Counted from the first letter of the stretch, positions 8,355 through 17,364 are shown. The stretch: 24,633 bases of DNA from Myxococcota bacterium (GCA_040752415.1 JBFMGU010000162.1:1-24633); one strand, 5' to 3'. Notes: generated by a model not told the origin, from the letters alone. A program made the numbers and translations.

Positions 8355-8831
8355 ATGGAGTCGGTGAAGGGGATCCTGGATGCGCTGGAGGCGCTGGTGC
8401 ACCTGGAGATCGACGCGTTCCACGCCTACGGCCAGGCGCTCAAGTTCGTGGAGGTCCCGCCGGTGCGGGAGAAGTTGCACAGGCTGCAGGGAGAGCATGA
8501 GCGCAATGCCACGCACCTCAGCGAGATCATCACCAAGCTGGGCGGCAAACCGCCGCCGTTCAGCCGTGATTTCAAGGGCTTCCTGCTGGAGGGATTCACC
8601 GCCATCCGCAGCGTCACGGGCACGGAGGGCGCGCTCCAGGCACTGCGCATGAACGAGCGGCTGGTGGGCATGATGTACGAGCGCGCCATGGCCATGGATC
8701 TGCCCAAGGACGTGTACGACGCCGTCAAGCACGCGCAGGAAGACGAGCGCAAGCACCTGAAATACCTGGAGCACGCCATCAACACCCGGGTGTGGGAACC
8801 GGGCCAGCCGGGCGCGGCCGCCGCGCGTTGA
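8355..8831 (+). CDS. Ferritin-like four-helix-bundle protein (DUF2383/PA2169-like)
   Basis: GGAGG RBS before ATG 8355. LEIDAFHAY..., EHERN, LGGKP, NE..Y and EDERKH give a ferritin-like carboxylate pattern. Confidence 0.85.
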   Translation: MESVKGILDALEALVHLEIDAFHAYGQALKFVEVPPVREKLHRLQGEHERNATHLSEIITKLGGKPPPFSRDFKGFLLEGFTAIRSVTGTEGALQALRMNERLVGMMYERAMAMDLPKDVYDAVKHAQEDERKHLKYLEHAINTRVWEPGQPGAAAAR

Positions 8832-8889
8832 GCCCCGCTCCGTCGTCACGAATGCCGTGCAACCTGGAAAAAGTGGTGCGCGCGGAATA

Positions 8890-9060
8890 GCGCGGACCGT
8901 GAACGTGTTCCTTGAAGTGAGCAACGACTTCAGGAGGTGCCCGGTTTCATTGGCGAGCTGTGACACCACCAACACAAGCTGATTGCCCCCATTTGAAGCA
9001 GGCCGTGATGGTCTGCGAGCCCCCGCCACCCACCCCGGTGCCGGGGGCTTTGCTTTTTTT
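8890..9060 (+). ncRNA. Candidate small structured RNA (unassigned)
   Basis: Intergenic and less GC-rich than the flanks. Hairpins at ~8909-8935, 8998-9016 and 9018-9049, then a T tract. 5' boundary is uncertain. Confidence 0.4.
9018..9060 (+). terminator. Rho-independent terminator
   Basis: AGCCCCCG-C-CACC / loop CACCCC / GGTG-C-CGGGGGCT stem followed by TTGCTTTTTTT. Confidence 0.8.
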
Positions 9061-9331
9061 CCAACGGCAATGCCGCGCCGCCCGCCCGGCGCCCATCCCA
9101 CCTGCGTTCGCTCCCGCCACGAGGTCCTCCCGCTCCCACCGGCCCGGGTCGTGTCCGCGCTGCGCAACGCGGGTGGCGGCAGGTGGGCCCGCGGGCGCCG
9201 GGTGTGATGGGCCAGATGTTTGAAGGGACGCAGCACGACGTGGTGGTATGGGCGGTGGGGAATGGACGGAGGCTGAATTTCACGGCGCGCGGGATCAGGG
9301 GCGCACCGTGGGGCTGGGCTGGTGAGGACAC

Positions 9332-9997
9332 GTGCAGACGATCCTGATTGTGCAGGATGAAACGTTGAAGCTGCGGCTCGAGGCCTCGTTCATGGAGCGC
9401 CGGTCGCTGCGCATCCTGCTTGCCACCGACGAGAGCGCGCTGGACATGGCGCGGGAGCACGTGCCCGACGTCATCATGCTCAGCGTGCCGCAGGCGGACG
9501 AGGAGGCCTTCACCGTCTGCCAGGGCCTGCGCCCCTCGCTGGATGCCACCACGCCCTATGTGGTCATGGTGACGGCGGAGCCCCCGCCCGCCAACATGGT
9601 CCCGCCGGCGAACATGTCCGTGGTGGAGCGCGGGCGGATGGTGGAGGCGGTGGCGCATGCGCTGGCGGCCCGGATGCGTGCGGCGCCACGCGTGCTGGTC
9701 CAGATCATGGCGCGGGTGGACACGCTGCAGGGCGAAGGCCGGCCGATGATGTTCGCCAACATCCTGGACCTTAGCGAAAGCGGCCTAAGGCTGGAGTGCA
9801 GCGAAGCGCTTGCCATGGGCAGCAGGGTGCGCGTGTACTTCGTCCTGCCGGGCTCCTCCGAGCGGATTGGCACCACCTGCCTGGTGCGCGTGCTGCATGA
9901 CAAGGATCAACTCCACTATGGTCTGTCCTTCGACGGCCTGGATGACTCCTCCCGCCGCGCCATTGGCCAGCTGGTGGAAAAGCGCCTGGCGCGCTGA
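9332..9997 (+). CDS. Degenerate receiver domain + PilZ domain protein
   Basis: N-terminal TILIVQDE...PDVIMLS receiver-like fold with Ser at the phospho-Asp position. PilZ motifs RAAPR (RxxxR) and DLSESG (DxSxxG). GAGGA RBS, GTG start. Confidence 0.85.
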   Translation: MQTILIVQDETLKLRLEASFMERRSLRILLATDESALDMAREHVPDVIMLSVPQADEEAFTVCQGLRPSLDATTPYVVMVTAEPPPANMVPPANMSVVERGRMVEAVAHALAARMRAAPRVLVQIMARVDTLQGEGRPMMFANILDLSESGLRLECSEALAMGSRVRVYFVLPGSSERIGTTCLVRVLHDKDQLHYGLSFDGLDDSSRRAIGQLVEKRLAR

Positions 9998-10006
9998 GCG
10001 AGGGCG

Positions 10007-11119
10007 GTGATGCGGAACGTGGGCATAGACCTGGGGACCACCAACACCTCCGCTTCCCTGGAGGGGATCCTGGTGCGCGTGCCGCAGGAGCGGACGGAAG
10101 ACACCGTGGTCCCGTCGGTGGTGGCGTTCGTGCCCAGCGGCGCGCGCCTGGTGGGGCATCCCGCGCGTCGTCGCCGGGCCATTGATGCCAAGAACACCAT
10201 CTTCTCCGCCAAGCGTCTCATGGGACGGAGGTGGAGCGCGCCGGAGACGCAGGAGTTCCGTCGCCGCTACCCGTTTGACATGGTGGAGATGAAGGACGGC
10301 AGCGTGGGGTTCCGCACGCGCGCCGGCGTGTTCGACCCCGCGGACATTGCCTCCATGGTGCTCACCCAGGTGCGCCAGATCGTCGGCGTGGGGGAGGCGG
10401 TGGGCAGCACCATCACGGTGCCCGCGGGCGCGTCGGAGGAGCAGCGCCAGGCCACGGTGTTGGCGGGACGTCGGGCCGGATTTTCCGAGGTGACGTTGGT
10501 GGAGGAGCCCGTGGCCGCGGCGCTGGCCTACGGCGAGAAGCTCAAGGGCTCGCGGGTGGCCGTCTATGACCTGGGCGGCGGCACCTTTGACTTCGCGTTG
10601 CTGGACTGCAGCGGCGCCAAGCCCACCGTGCTGGGGCACGGCAGTGACATGTTCCTGGGCGGCGACGACGTGGATCACGCGCTGGCCGGCTGGGCCGCCG
10701 ACGAGGTCCTCAAGCTCCACCGCTGGGACCTGCGGCAGGACCCGGTGGTGTTTGACCGCCTGGTGGCCGAGTGCGAGCGCGCCAAGGTGCGCCTCTCCGA
10801 GCTGCCGCAGACCGCGGTGGAGCCGGGGCAGGTGGACCCCATGGCGCTGGAGAACGCCGCGCCGCTGCCGCTGGATCGACCGGTGCTCGCGCGCGTGTGC
10901 GCGGACCTGGTGCGTCGGACGTTCATCACCTGCGACGGCGTGCTGCGCGCCGCGGGCATTTCCCCGCGCGACGTGGACGCGGTGGTGCTGGCCGGAGGCA
11001 GCACGCGCCTGCCCATGATTCGCGACGGCGTGGAGCACTACTTCGGCAAGAAGCCGCGCGAGGAGATCCCGGTGATGCACGTGGTGGCGCTGGGCGCCGA
11101 GGCGGCGGGGAAGGCCTGA
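10007..11119 (+). CDS. Hsp70-family protein, nucleotide-binding domain only
   Basis: GIDLGTTNT, AKRLMGR, ITVPA, EPVAAALAYG, YDLGGGTFD and LAGGSTRLP are present. The protein ends right after VALGA. Start could be 10010. Confidence 0.9.
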   Translation: MMRNVGIDLGTTNTSASLEGILVRVPQERTEDTVVPSVVAFVPSGARLVGHPARRRRAIDAKNTIFSAKRLMGRRWSAPETQEFRRRYPFDMVEMKDGSVGFRTRAGVFDPADIASMVLTQVRQIVGVGEAVGSTITVPAGASEEQRQATVLAGRRAGFSEVTLVEEPVAAALAYGEKLKGSRVAVYDLGGGTFDFALLDCSGAKPTVLGHGSDMFLGGDDVDHALAGWAADEVLKLHRWDLRQDPVVFDRLVAECERAKVRLSELPQTAVEPGQVDPMALENAAPLPLDRPVLARVCADLVRRTFITCDGVLRAAGISPRDVDAVVLAGGSTRLPMIRDGVEHYFGKKPREEIPVMHVVALGAEAAGKA

Positions 11120-11125
11120 GCCCGT

Positions 11126-11998
11126 TCAACGCCAGCGACCGATCCGCTCCAGCAGCCCGCGCTCACCCACGCGGTGACACAACGCCTCCAGCTCGTTCCG
11201 GCGGGCACCGTGCCAGCGGATCTCGTCGAGGGATTCGCTCACCGGCGCGTCGCTGCGCAGCGTGGCCAGCGTGCGGTAGAGCACCGCGTTGTTGCGCTGC
11301 TCACGCAGGGAGGCCGCCAGGTTGGCCGCGCCGCGCACCTTGACGTCCCAGTGCTTGTCGTCGTCGGGGATGGCCTCCAGGTGGCGGTAGCGCTGCAACA
11401 CCACCGCCGCGCTCTTCATGCCCCAGCCGGGGAGCCCGGGGATGCCGTCGGCGTCGTCGCCCACCAGGGCCAGCAGGTCGGGGATGGACGCGGGGGGCAC
11501 GCCGTATTTCTCCTCCACGCCGCGCTCGTCCAGGGAGACCTTCTTGCGCCGGTCGTGCATCACCACGCGCTCGCCACGCACGCACTGCGCCAGGTCCTTG
11601 TCCGGGGTGCACAGCAGCACCTGCGTGACGTCGGGATGTTCGTGGAAACGCATGGCCGCCGACGCCAGCGCGTCATCCGCCTCGAACTCCACCATGGGCC
11701 ACACCGTCAGGCCCAGCGCGTGCGCGGCCTCCTCGGCCAGGGGGAACTGCGCGGTCAGGTCCTCGGGCAGTCCCTCGCCGGTCTTGTATCCGGTGAAGAG
11801 GTCGTTCCGGAACGACTCGATCACGTGGTCGAATGCGATGCCGACGTGGGTGGTGTCCGGGTCGGACAACAACGCGTTGAGCGTGGCGAGCAGTCCGCGG
11901 ATGGCGCCCACCTCGGTCCCGTCGGGCGCGGTGGCGCGGGGCGCGCCGAAGTAGCAGCGGAACAGCTCGTAGGTGCCGTCAATGAGGTGCAGGCGCAT
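11126..11998 (-). CDS. Stand-alone 5'-3' exonuclease / flap endonuclease
   Basis: LHLIDGTYELFR, FRNDLFTGYK, EFEADDALAS, PDKDLAQ and LALVGDDADGIPGLPGWGMKSA (H3TH). No polymerase domain. Confidence 0.92.
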   Translation of the reverse strand: MRLHLIDGTYELFRCYFGAPRATAPDGTEVGAIRGLLATLNALLSDPDTTHVGIAFDHVIESFRNDLFTGYKTGEGLPEDLTAQFPLAEEAAHALGLTVWPMVEFEADDALASAAMRFHEHPDVTQVLLCTPDKDLAQCVRGERVVMHDRRKKVSLDERGVEEKYGVPPASIPDLLALVGDDADGIPGLPGWGMKSAAVVLQRYRHLEAIPDDDKHWDVKVRGAANLAASLREQRNNAVLYRTLATLRSDAPVSESLDEIRWHGARRNELEALCHRVGERGLLERIGRWR

Positions 11999-12040
11999 GC
12001 GGTTCTCCGCGTAGCCGCGCGGCAAAGGGCTGTCCACTCC

Positions 12041-13270
12041 TCACAGCAGCTCGTGGATCAGCGCGCCGCCGTCGACGGTGTCGATGGGGCGGCCCTCCGG
12101 CGTGTAGCGCGTCTTGTCCGGGTCCAGCCCAAGCACGTGCGCCACGGTGCGGAACACGTCCGGGACGGTGATGGTCCGGTCACGGATCTCCTCGCCGGTG
12201 CTGCTCGTGTTTCCCACGGCCTGTCCCCCGCGGATGCCCCCGCCGGCCATCACCACCGACGAGACCTGGGGATGGTGGTCGCGTCCCCCGTTGTCATTGA
12301 TGCGCGGGGTGCGACCGAAATCCCCCAGCCACAACACCAGCGTGGACGAGAGCAGGCCGCGCGCGTCCAGGTCATCCAGCAACGCGCTCATGCCAAGGTC
12401 CAGCTCCTGGCAGAGGTGCTTCACCGTCGGGAAGTTCTCCTTGTGCGTGTCCCATCCGCGCTGCGTCACCTCGACGAACGGCACCCCCGCCTCGAGCAGT
12501 CGCCGCGCCATCAGGCACCCGCGTCCAAAGGTGGTGTCGCCGTACCGCTCGCGCGCGCGGGCCGGTTCCTCGTCGAGAGAGAAGGCGCGCACCCGGGGGG
12601 AGCGCATCATGGCCAGCCCCTGTTCCACCACCTCACCCTGTCCCTTCACCCACGACGAGGAATGCGTCTCCGCGAAGCCGTCGTGCAGGGTGCGCCACAG
12701 GCCCATGCGTTCCCGGAAACGCGCGTTGTCGACGTTGTCGGGCGGCGTGAGGTAGCGCACCGGCTTGTCCGGGTTGCGCACGGGGAAGGGCGCGTACGCG
12801 GCACCCAGGAACCCCGCATCCTCTCCCGCGCCCCCAATGACGACGTAACCCGGCAACTCCGACCGCCCCCGCTCCATGGCCACCAGCGAGCCGAGCGCGG
12901 GATGATCGGCACCGCCCTGCGGCGGGTAGCCGGTGTGCATCAGGTGGCGCGCGCGCACGTGGTTGCCTTCCCGCGTCGTCACCGTGCGGAGGACCGCCAG
13001 GTGCTTCATGCGCGCGGCGAGACGAGGGAGATGCTCGCAGACCTGGATTCCGGCCACGCTGGTGGGGATGGCGCGGAACTCTCCTCCCGTCGGAGTGCCC
13101 GGCTTGGGATCCCAGGTGTCCAGCTGACTGGGACCGCCTTCCATGTAGAGCAGCACGCACCGCTTGGGCGGCGGGGTTGGCTCGCCACGCACGCTCCGCG
13201 CCCACAGTGCGCCCACGGCAGAGGCCAGCCCCAGCTCCAACGCACGTCGACGGGTGAAGGTGATGGGCAT
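12041..13270 (-). CDS. DUF1501 domain protein with Tat-like signal
   Basis: TRRRALELG twin-arginine leader. GGPSQLDTWDPKP, GCLMARRLLEAGVPFVEV, GWDTH and GDFGRTPRIN..GGRDH. Confidence 0.9.
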   Translation of the reverse strand: MPITFTRRRALELGLASAVGALWARSVRGEPTPPPKRCVLLYMEGGPSQLDTWDPKPGTPTGGEFRAIPTSVAGIQVCEHLPRLAARMKHLAVLRTVTTREGNHVRARHLMHTGYPPQGGADHPALGSLVAMERGRSELPGYVVIGGAGEDAGFLGAAYAPFPVRNPDKPVRYLTPPDNVDNARFRERMGLWRTLHDGFAETHSSSWVKGQGEVVEQGLAMMRSPRVRAFSLDEEPARARERYGDTTFGRGCLMARRLLEAGVPFVEVTQRGWDTHKENFPTVKHLCQELDLGMSALLDDLDARGLLSSTLVLWLGDFGRTPRINDNGGRDHHPQVSSVVMAGGGIRGGQAVGNTSSTGEEIRDRTITVPDVFRTVAHVLGLDPDKTRYTPEGRPIDTVDGGALIHELL

Positions 13271-13278
13271 GGGCGGCC

Positions 13279-14784
13279 TCAGTGGTTGGTGATGAATTCC
13301 GTCGAGGTGATCAGCGCGTAGAAGACGTCCTCGTATGCGCGCGGGCGGTTGCGGTGTTCCGCGAGGTACTGCTCCAGCCGCTTCCGCTCGTCCGTCGTGG
13401 GCGGGCGCGAGAGAGTGGTGAGGAACATCGCCTCCAGTCGCTCCGAGGGCGTGGCGTGCCGGTCCAGGATCCTCCCCAGCACCAGCGACGGATGGGAACG
13501 CGTGGCGCGATTCACGAGCTCACCGTTGAACATGAGCAGCGCCTGCGGGACGTTGCCGTTGAAGGTGTCCGCTTCGCCCATCTCGTCGTCACCGTGGATG
13601 AACAGGTATTCGCGCAGCACCGCCTTCATGCGCTTCTCGGCCTTTTCCTCACCATGCTTCTCCGCCGCCGCTTCCGCCGCGCCCGTGGCGACGAGAACGG
13701 AGCGCAGCAGCTGTTCCGGCGTGAGCGGCCGCACCGCCGCCTTGGCGAAAGCGTGTTCCAGACGCCCCTGTGATTCCGACGTGCGCGAGGTCCGCTGGTA
13801 GGCGCCCGAGAGGACCAGCAGCCGCAACAGGCGACGCAGGTCATGACCGTGACGTCGGAAATCCTCCGCCAGGGCCTGCAGCAGCGGCGGATGCGACGGG
13901 TCATTCTCGCCGCCCAGGTCATCCAGCGTGGTCACCAGGCCGCGGCCGAACACCATGGCCCAGGCCCGATTGACGGCGTGCTTGGCGAACAGGTCGGAGC
14001 CCACGACGGCGCGCGCCAATGCCTCCCGGCGGTCCCCACCGTCCGGAATGACGACGGCACGGCCCAGGAATGCCGGTGTCACGCTCGCCAGCTCGGGCGC
14101 CTGACGACGGGCACGCCGCGCCGGGATGTCCACCAGTTCGAAGGACTTGTCGTCGCCACGCACGGGACGGGCACGCGTCTGCACCAGGAACGCGGAGAAC
14201 GCGCGGAAGTCCTTCTGCTTGTAGCGGTCGTTGTTCGGGTGGTCGTGGCACTGGGCGCACTGGATGGGCGCACCCAGGAACGCGCGGGCCACGGCGGAAG
14301 TCGCTGCGTCGGGGCCACCGCCCTTGGCCATCTGCGCCACCAGGAAGCTTGCCTCCGGCACCTGTTTCACGTCGCCACGCGCGGTCAGGAGCTGGATGGC
14401 CAACGTATCCTGCGGACGGTTCTCGCGGAATGCCGTGGTGAGGAAGGCGCGGAATCCGTCGGTGGCGTCGCGCAGCAGGCGCTCCTGGGCGCCCAGCAGC
14501 AGTCCCATGGTGACGTCGGCCAGGTGCGTGGCGTGGTCTTCGCTGGTGAGCACCCGGTCGACGACAACGGCGCGTCGATCCGCCCGGCGGTCCACCAGGA
14601 ACGCACGCACCTCCGCCTCGGTGGGAATGCGGCCGGCCAGGTCCAGGGTCACCCGACGGAGGAACTCCGCGTCGTCGGCGGCGGGCGCGGGAGTGATGCC
14701 CTCCTGTTTCCAGCGTTCCTGCAGCAGCGCGTCCACGTCGGGAGGCGCCACGGCCGTTGCAAGGGTGAGCAACAGGGCAAGCAT
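13279..14784 (-). CDS. DUF1549/DUF1553 (PSCyt2/PSD1-type) protein with CxxCH motif
   Basis: DDAEFLRRVTLDLAGRIPT, CAQCHDHP, VNRAWAMVFGRGLV, PSHPPLL..LA.DF and QALLMFNG. GGAGG RBS before ATG 14784. Confidence 0.9.
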   Translation of the reverse strand: MLALLLTLATAVAPPDVDALLQERWKQEGITPAPAADDAEFLRRVTLDLAGRIPTEAEVRAFLVDRRADRRAVVVDRVLTSEDHATHLADVTMGLLLGAQERLLRDATDGFRAFLTTAFRENRPQDTLAIQLLTARGDVKQVPEASFLVAQMAKGGGPDAATSAVARAFLGAPIQCAQCHDHPNNDRYKQKDFRAFSAFLVQTRARPVRGDDKSFELVDIPARRARRQAPELASVTPAFLGRAVVIPDGGDRREALARAVVGSDLFAKHAVNRAWAMVFGRGLVTTLDDLGGENDPSHPPLLQALAEDFRRHGHDLRRLLRLLVLSGAYQRTSRTSESQGRLEHAFAKAAVRPLTPEQLLRSVLVATGAAEAAAEKHGEEKAEKRMKAVLREYLFIHGDDEMGEADTFNGNVPQALLMFNGELVNRATRSHPSLVLGRILDRHATPSERLEAMFLTTLSRPPTTDERKRLEQYLAEHRNRPRAYEDVFYALITSTEFITNH

Positions 14785-14893
14785 CCGTCCTCCTGGACGC
14801 AACAAGCAGGTCGAGAGTTAAGGCTGGCTCAAACACGTCACGCCACAAAACCCCTCCGCGCTTCCGGGCAACCTGCTAGGGTGTGCAGCCCTC

Positions 14894-17023
14894 ATGGTCC
14901 GTCACTACCAGCTCAAGCCCCAGGTCCTGCCCTCGCGGCTCGGAATCCCCTACGAGAAGGACCTCAACGAGCAGCAGCTCGCCGTCGTCACCGCTCCGGA
15001 CGGGCCCAACCTCGTCATTGCCGGCGCGGGCAGCGGGAAGACGCGTGTGCTCACCTACCGCGTGGCGTACCTGCTGGACCGCGGCGTCTCACCCAACCGC
15101 ATCATGCTGCTGACGTTCACCAACCGCGCCGCGCGTCAGATGCTGGACCGCGCCGGGCAGCTCTGCGGAGCGCAGGCGCGCGCCATGTTGGGCGGCACGT
15201 TCCACCACGTGGCCAACGTCATCCTCCGCGACCATGCGCAGGCCGTGGGCTACCAGCCCAACTTCACCATCCTGGACCAGGAAGACGCCAAGGAGATGCT
15301 CACCGCCGCCATCGGCGACGCGCACATCGACGTCAAGGCGCGCCGCTTTCCCAAGGCGGACGTGGTGCTGGACCTCATCAGTCGCACGCTCAACGAGCAG
15401 AAGCCGCTGGCCGACGTCATTGCCGCGGAAGCACCGCACTTCCTGTCCGTGCAGGCGGAGATCATGGAGGTGGCGCGCTGCTATCTCCGTCGGAAGCTGG
15501 CGCAGAACGTGATGGACTTTGATGACCTGCTCATGAACTTCAAGGTGTTGCTGCAGGAGGGCGGGGAGGTTGCGCGCGCGGTGCAGTCCCGCTTCGAGCA
15601 CGTGCTCGTCGACGAGTACCAGGACACCAACAAGCTGCAGGGCGACATTGTGGACGGGCTGGTGGCGCCGCACCAGAACGTCATGGTGGTGGGTGACGAC
15701 GCGCAGGCCATCTACGGTTTCCGTGGCGCGCACTTCGACAACATCCTGGGCTTCCCCAACCGCCACCCCGGCGCGCGCATGTACCGGCTGGAAGTGAACT
15801 ACCGCTCCACGCCGCAGATCCTGGACCTGGCCAACGCGTCCATCCGCAAGAACCGCGCACGCTTCGACAAGACGCTGCGCTCCTTGCGTCCGCATGGTCC
15901 CCAACCCGCGCTCGTCCCCACGCGTGACGTGTTCGAGCAGGCGGCGTTCGTGGCGCAGCGCATCCTGGAGCTCCGCGACGAGGGAGTGGGCCTGCGGGAC
16001 ATGTCCGTGCTCTACCGCGCGCACAGTCACGCGCTGGAGCTGCAGGTGGAGCTCACCCGGCGGGGCATCCCCTTCGTGGTGCGCAGCGGTCTGCGTTTCT
16101 TCGAGCAGGCCCACATCAAGGACGTGCTGAGCTACCTGCGGTTCATCCAGAATCCCAGCGAGGAGCTGGCGTTGCGTCGTGCGTTGAAGCTGCACGAGGG
16201 CGTGGGCAACGCGTTGGCACAGGGCATCTGGGAGAAGGTGCAGGAGGCGCAGCAGAAGGGTGAGGAGGTGCGCGAGGGGCGTTTCTTCGTCGGGACGACG
16301 GTGACCGGAGCGCCGCGCGCCAAGCAGGGTCTCGCGGTGTTCGCGCGCATCATCGACCAGCTCATGAATCCCGCGGTGAAGGACAGCCCGCAGGAGATGA
16401 TCCGCGTGATCCTCGACGAGGGATACCGCGACTACCTGCGCAAGACCTACCCCAACAGCCGCGAGCGCGAGGTGGATATCGAGCAGCTGGGTGATTACTC
16501 GGTCACGTTCGGCTCGCTGGAGGAGATGCTCAGTGAGATCTCGCTCATGGAGAGCGTCTCCAGCGAGGACGTGCTCAGCGCGGAGGAGGCCGACGAGAAA
16601 CTGACGCTGAGCAGTGTGCACCAGGCCAAGGGGTTGGAGTGGGGGCGGGTGTTCATCATCTGGCTCGCGGATGGTCGCATTCCCCATGACGTGGCGCTGC
16701 GCGACCTCGACGGAGAGGAGGAGGAGCGCCGGCTGTTCTACGTGGCGTGCACGCGCGCCAAGGACGAGCTTTACCTGGTCTATCCCACGGTGCATCAGCG
16801 ACGTGACCGCGCGCTCACCATCATGCGCCCGAGCCGTTTCCTGACGGAGCTGGGGGACACCGAGGCCACCGACGCGCGCGCGAGCCTGCTCTGGGAACGC
16901 TGGCAGCTCCACGCCGAGCCGCCGCAGATCATTGGCGCCATGCCTCCGCCGCCGGCGCTGGTTGCTGGTCCCTGGACCGCGCGCGCTGACGACGACGAGG
17001 TGGTGGGCGAGGAGGAAGCGTGA
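14894..17023 (+). CDS. ATP-dependent DNA helicase, UvrD/PcrA/Rep (SF1A) family
   Basis: LNEQQ, AGAGSGKT, TFTNRAA, VDEYQDTN, VGDDAQAIYGFRGA, NYRS, HQAKGLEW and EERRLFYVACTRAK. Confidence 0.96.
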   Translation: MVRHYQLKPQVLPSRLGIPYEKDLNEQQLAVVTAPDGPNLVIAGAGSGKTRVLTYRVAYLLDRGVSPNRIMLLTFTNRAARQMLDRAGQLCGAQARAMLGGTFHHVANVILRDHAQAVGYQPNFTILDQEDAKEMLTAAIGDAHIDVKARRFPKADVVLDLISRTLNEQKPLADVIAAEAPHFLSVQAEIMEVARCYLRRKLAQNVMDFDDLLMNFKVLLQEGGEVARAVQSRFEHVLVDEYQDTNKLQGDIVDGLVAPHQNVMVVGDDAQAIYGFRGAHFDNILGFPNRHPGARMYRLEVNYRSTPQILDLANASIRKNRARFDKTLRSLRPHGPQPALVPTRDVFEQAAFVAQRILELRDEGVGLRDMSVLYRAHSHALELQVELTRRGIPFVVRSGLRFFEQAHIKDVLSYLRFIQNPSEELALRRALKLHEGVGNALAQGIWEKVQEAQQKGEEVREGRFFVGTTVTGAPRAKQGLAVFARIIDQLMNPAVKDSPQEMIRVILDEGYRDYLRKTYPNSREREVDIEQLGDYSVTFGSLEEMLSEISLMESVSSEDVLSAEEADEKLTLSSVHQAKGLEWGRVFIIWLADGRIPHDVALRDLDGEEEERRLFYVACTRAKDELYLVYPTVHQRRDRALTIMRPSRFLTELGDTEATDARASLLWERWQLHAEPPQIIGAMPPPPALVAGPWTARADDDEVVGEEEA

Positions 17024-17364
17024 CCCGGCCGCGTTATTGCCCGTGGGTGACGCGCCCCACGCACGAGAAGAACGGCCGCCTCCAGGTCGACAAGTGGCGC
17101 CCCATTGCCTACGGCTACTGCCCCCAGACCCCCGACTGCGCCAGCTGCGCCGGCACGCTCTACAAACCCAACATCCTCATGCACATTGGCCGCGAGACGG
17201 ACACGGTGGCTTGCCCGTACTGCGCGCCCGAGCGGTACCGGAAGGAGGTGGAGAAGCTGAAGGCCGCCAATCCACGCCTGTTCGTCGAGGAGCCCAAGAA
17301 GGAGGAGCCGCAGAAGCAGGCCCCCAAGGCTGCACCCCGCAAGCCCCCGGTGAGAGGCCACTGA
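17020..17364 (+). CDS. Small Cys-rich hypothetical protein (putative Zn ribbon)
   Basis: GTGA overlap with the helicase stop. CASC and CPYC pairs plus two further Cys. Strong GC3 bias. Confidence 0.75.
   Translation: MTRPRYCPWVTRPTHEKNGRLQVDKWRPIAYGYCPQTPDCASCAGTLYKPNILMHIGRETDTVACPYCAPERYRKEVEKLKAANPRLFVEEPKKEEPQKQAPKAAPRKPPVRGH

Noticed and set aside
8890..9060. Assignment as 6S RNA, tRNA, tmRNA or a known riboswitch
   Set aside because: I could not recognise the diagnostic motifs or folds of any of these, so it is left as an unassigned candidate.
10007..11119. Calling this gene dnaK
   Set aside because: It lacks the linker and substrate-binding domain, and no grpE or dnaJ is adjacent.
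11174..13321. Long antisense ORFs (also 989-2635, 4662-6131, 6899-8266, 9785-11080, 15089-16912, 21046-22029)
   Set aside because: These are stop-poor shadow frames opposite well-supported genes, as expected with high GC3 codon usage.
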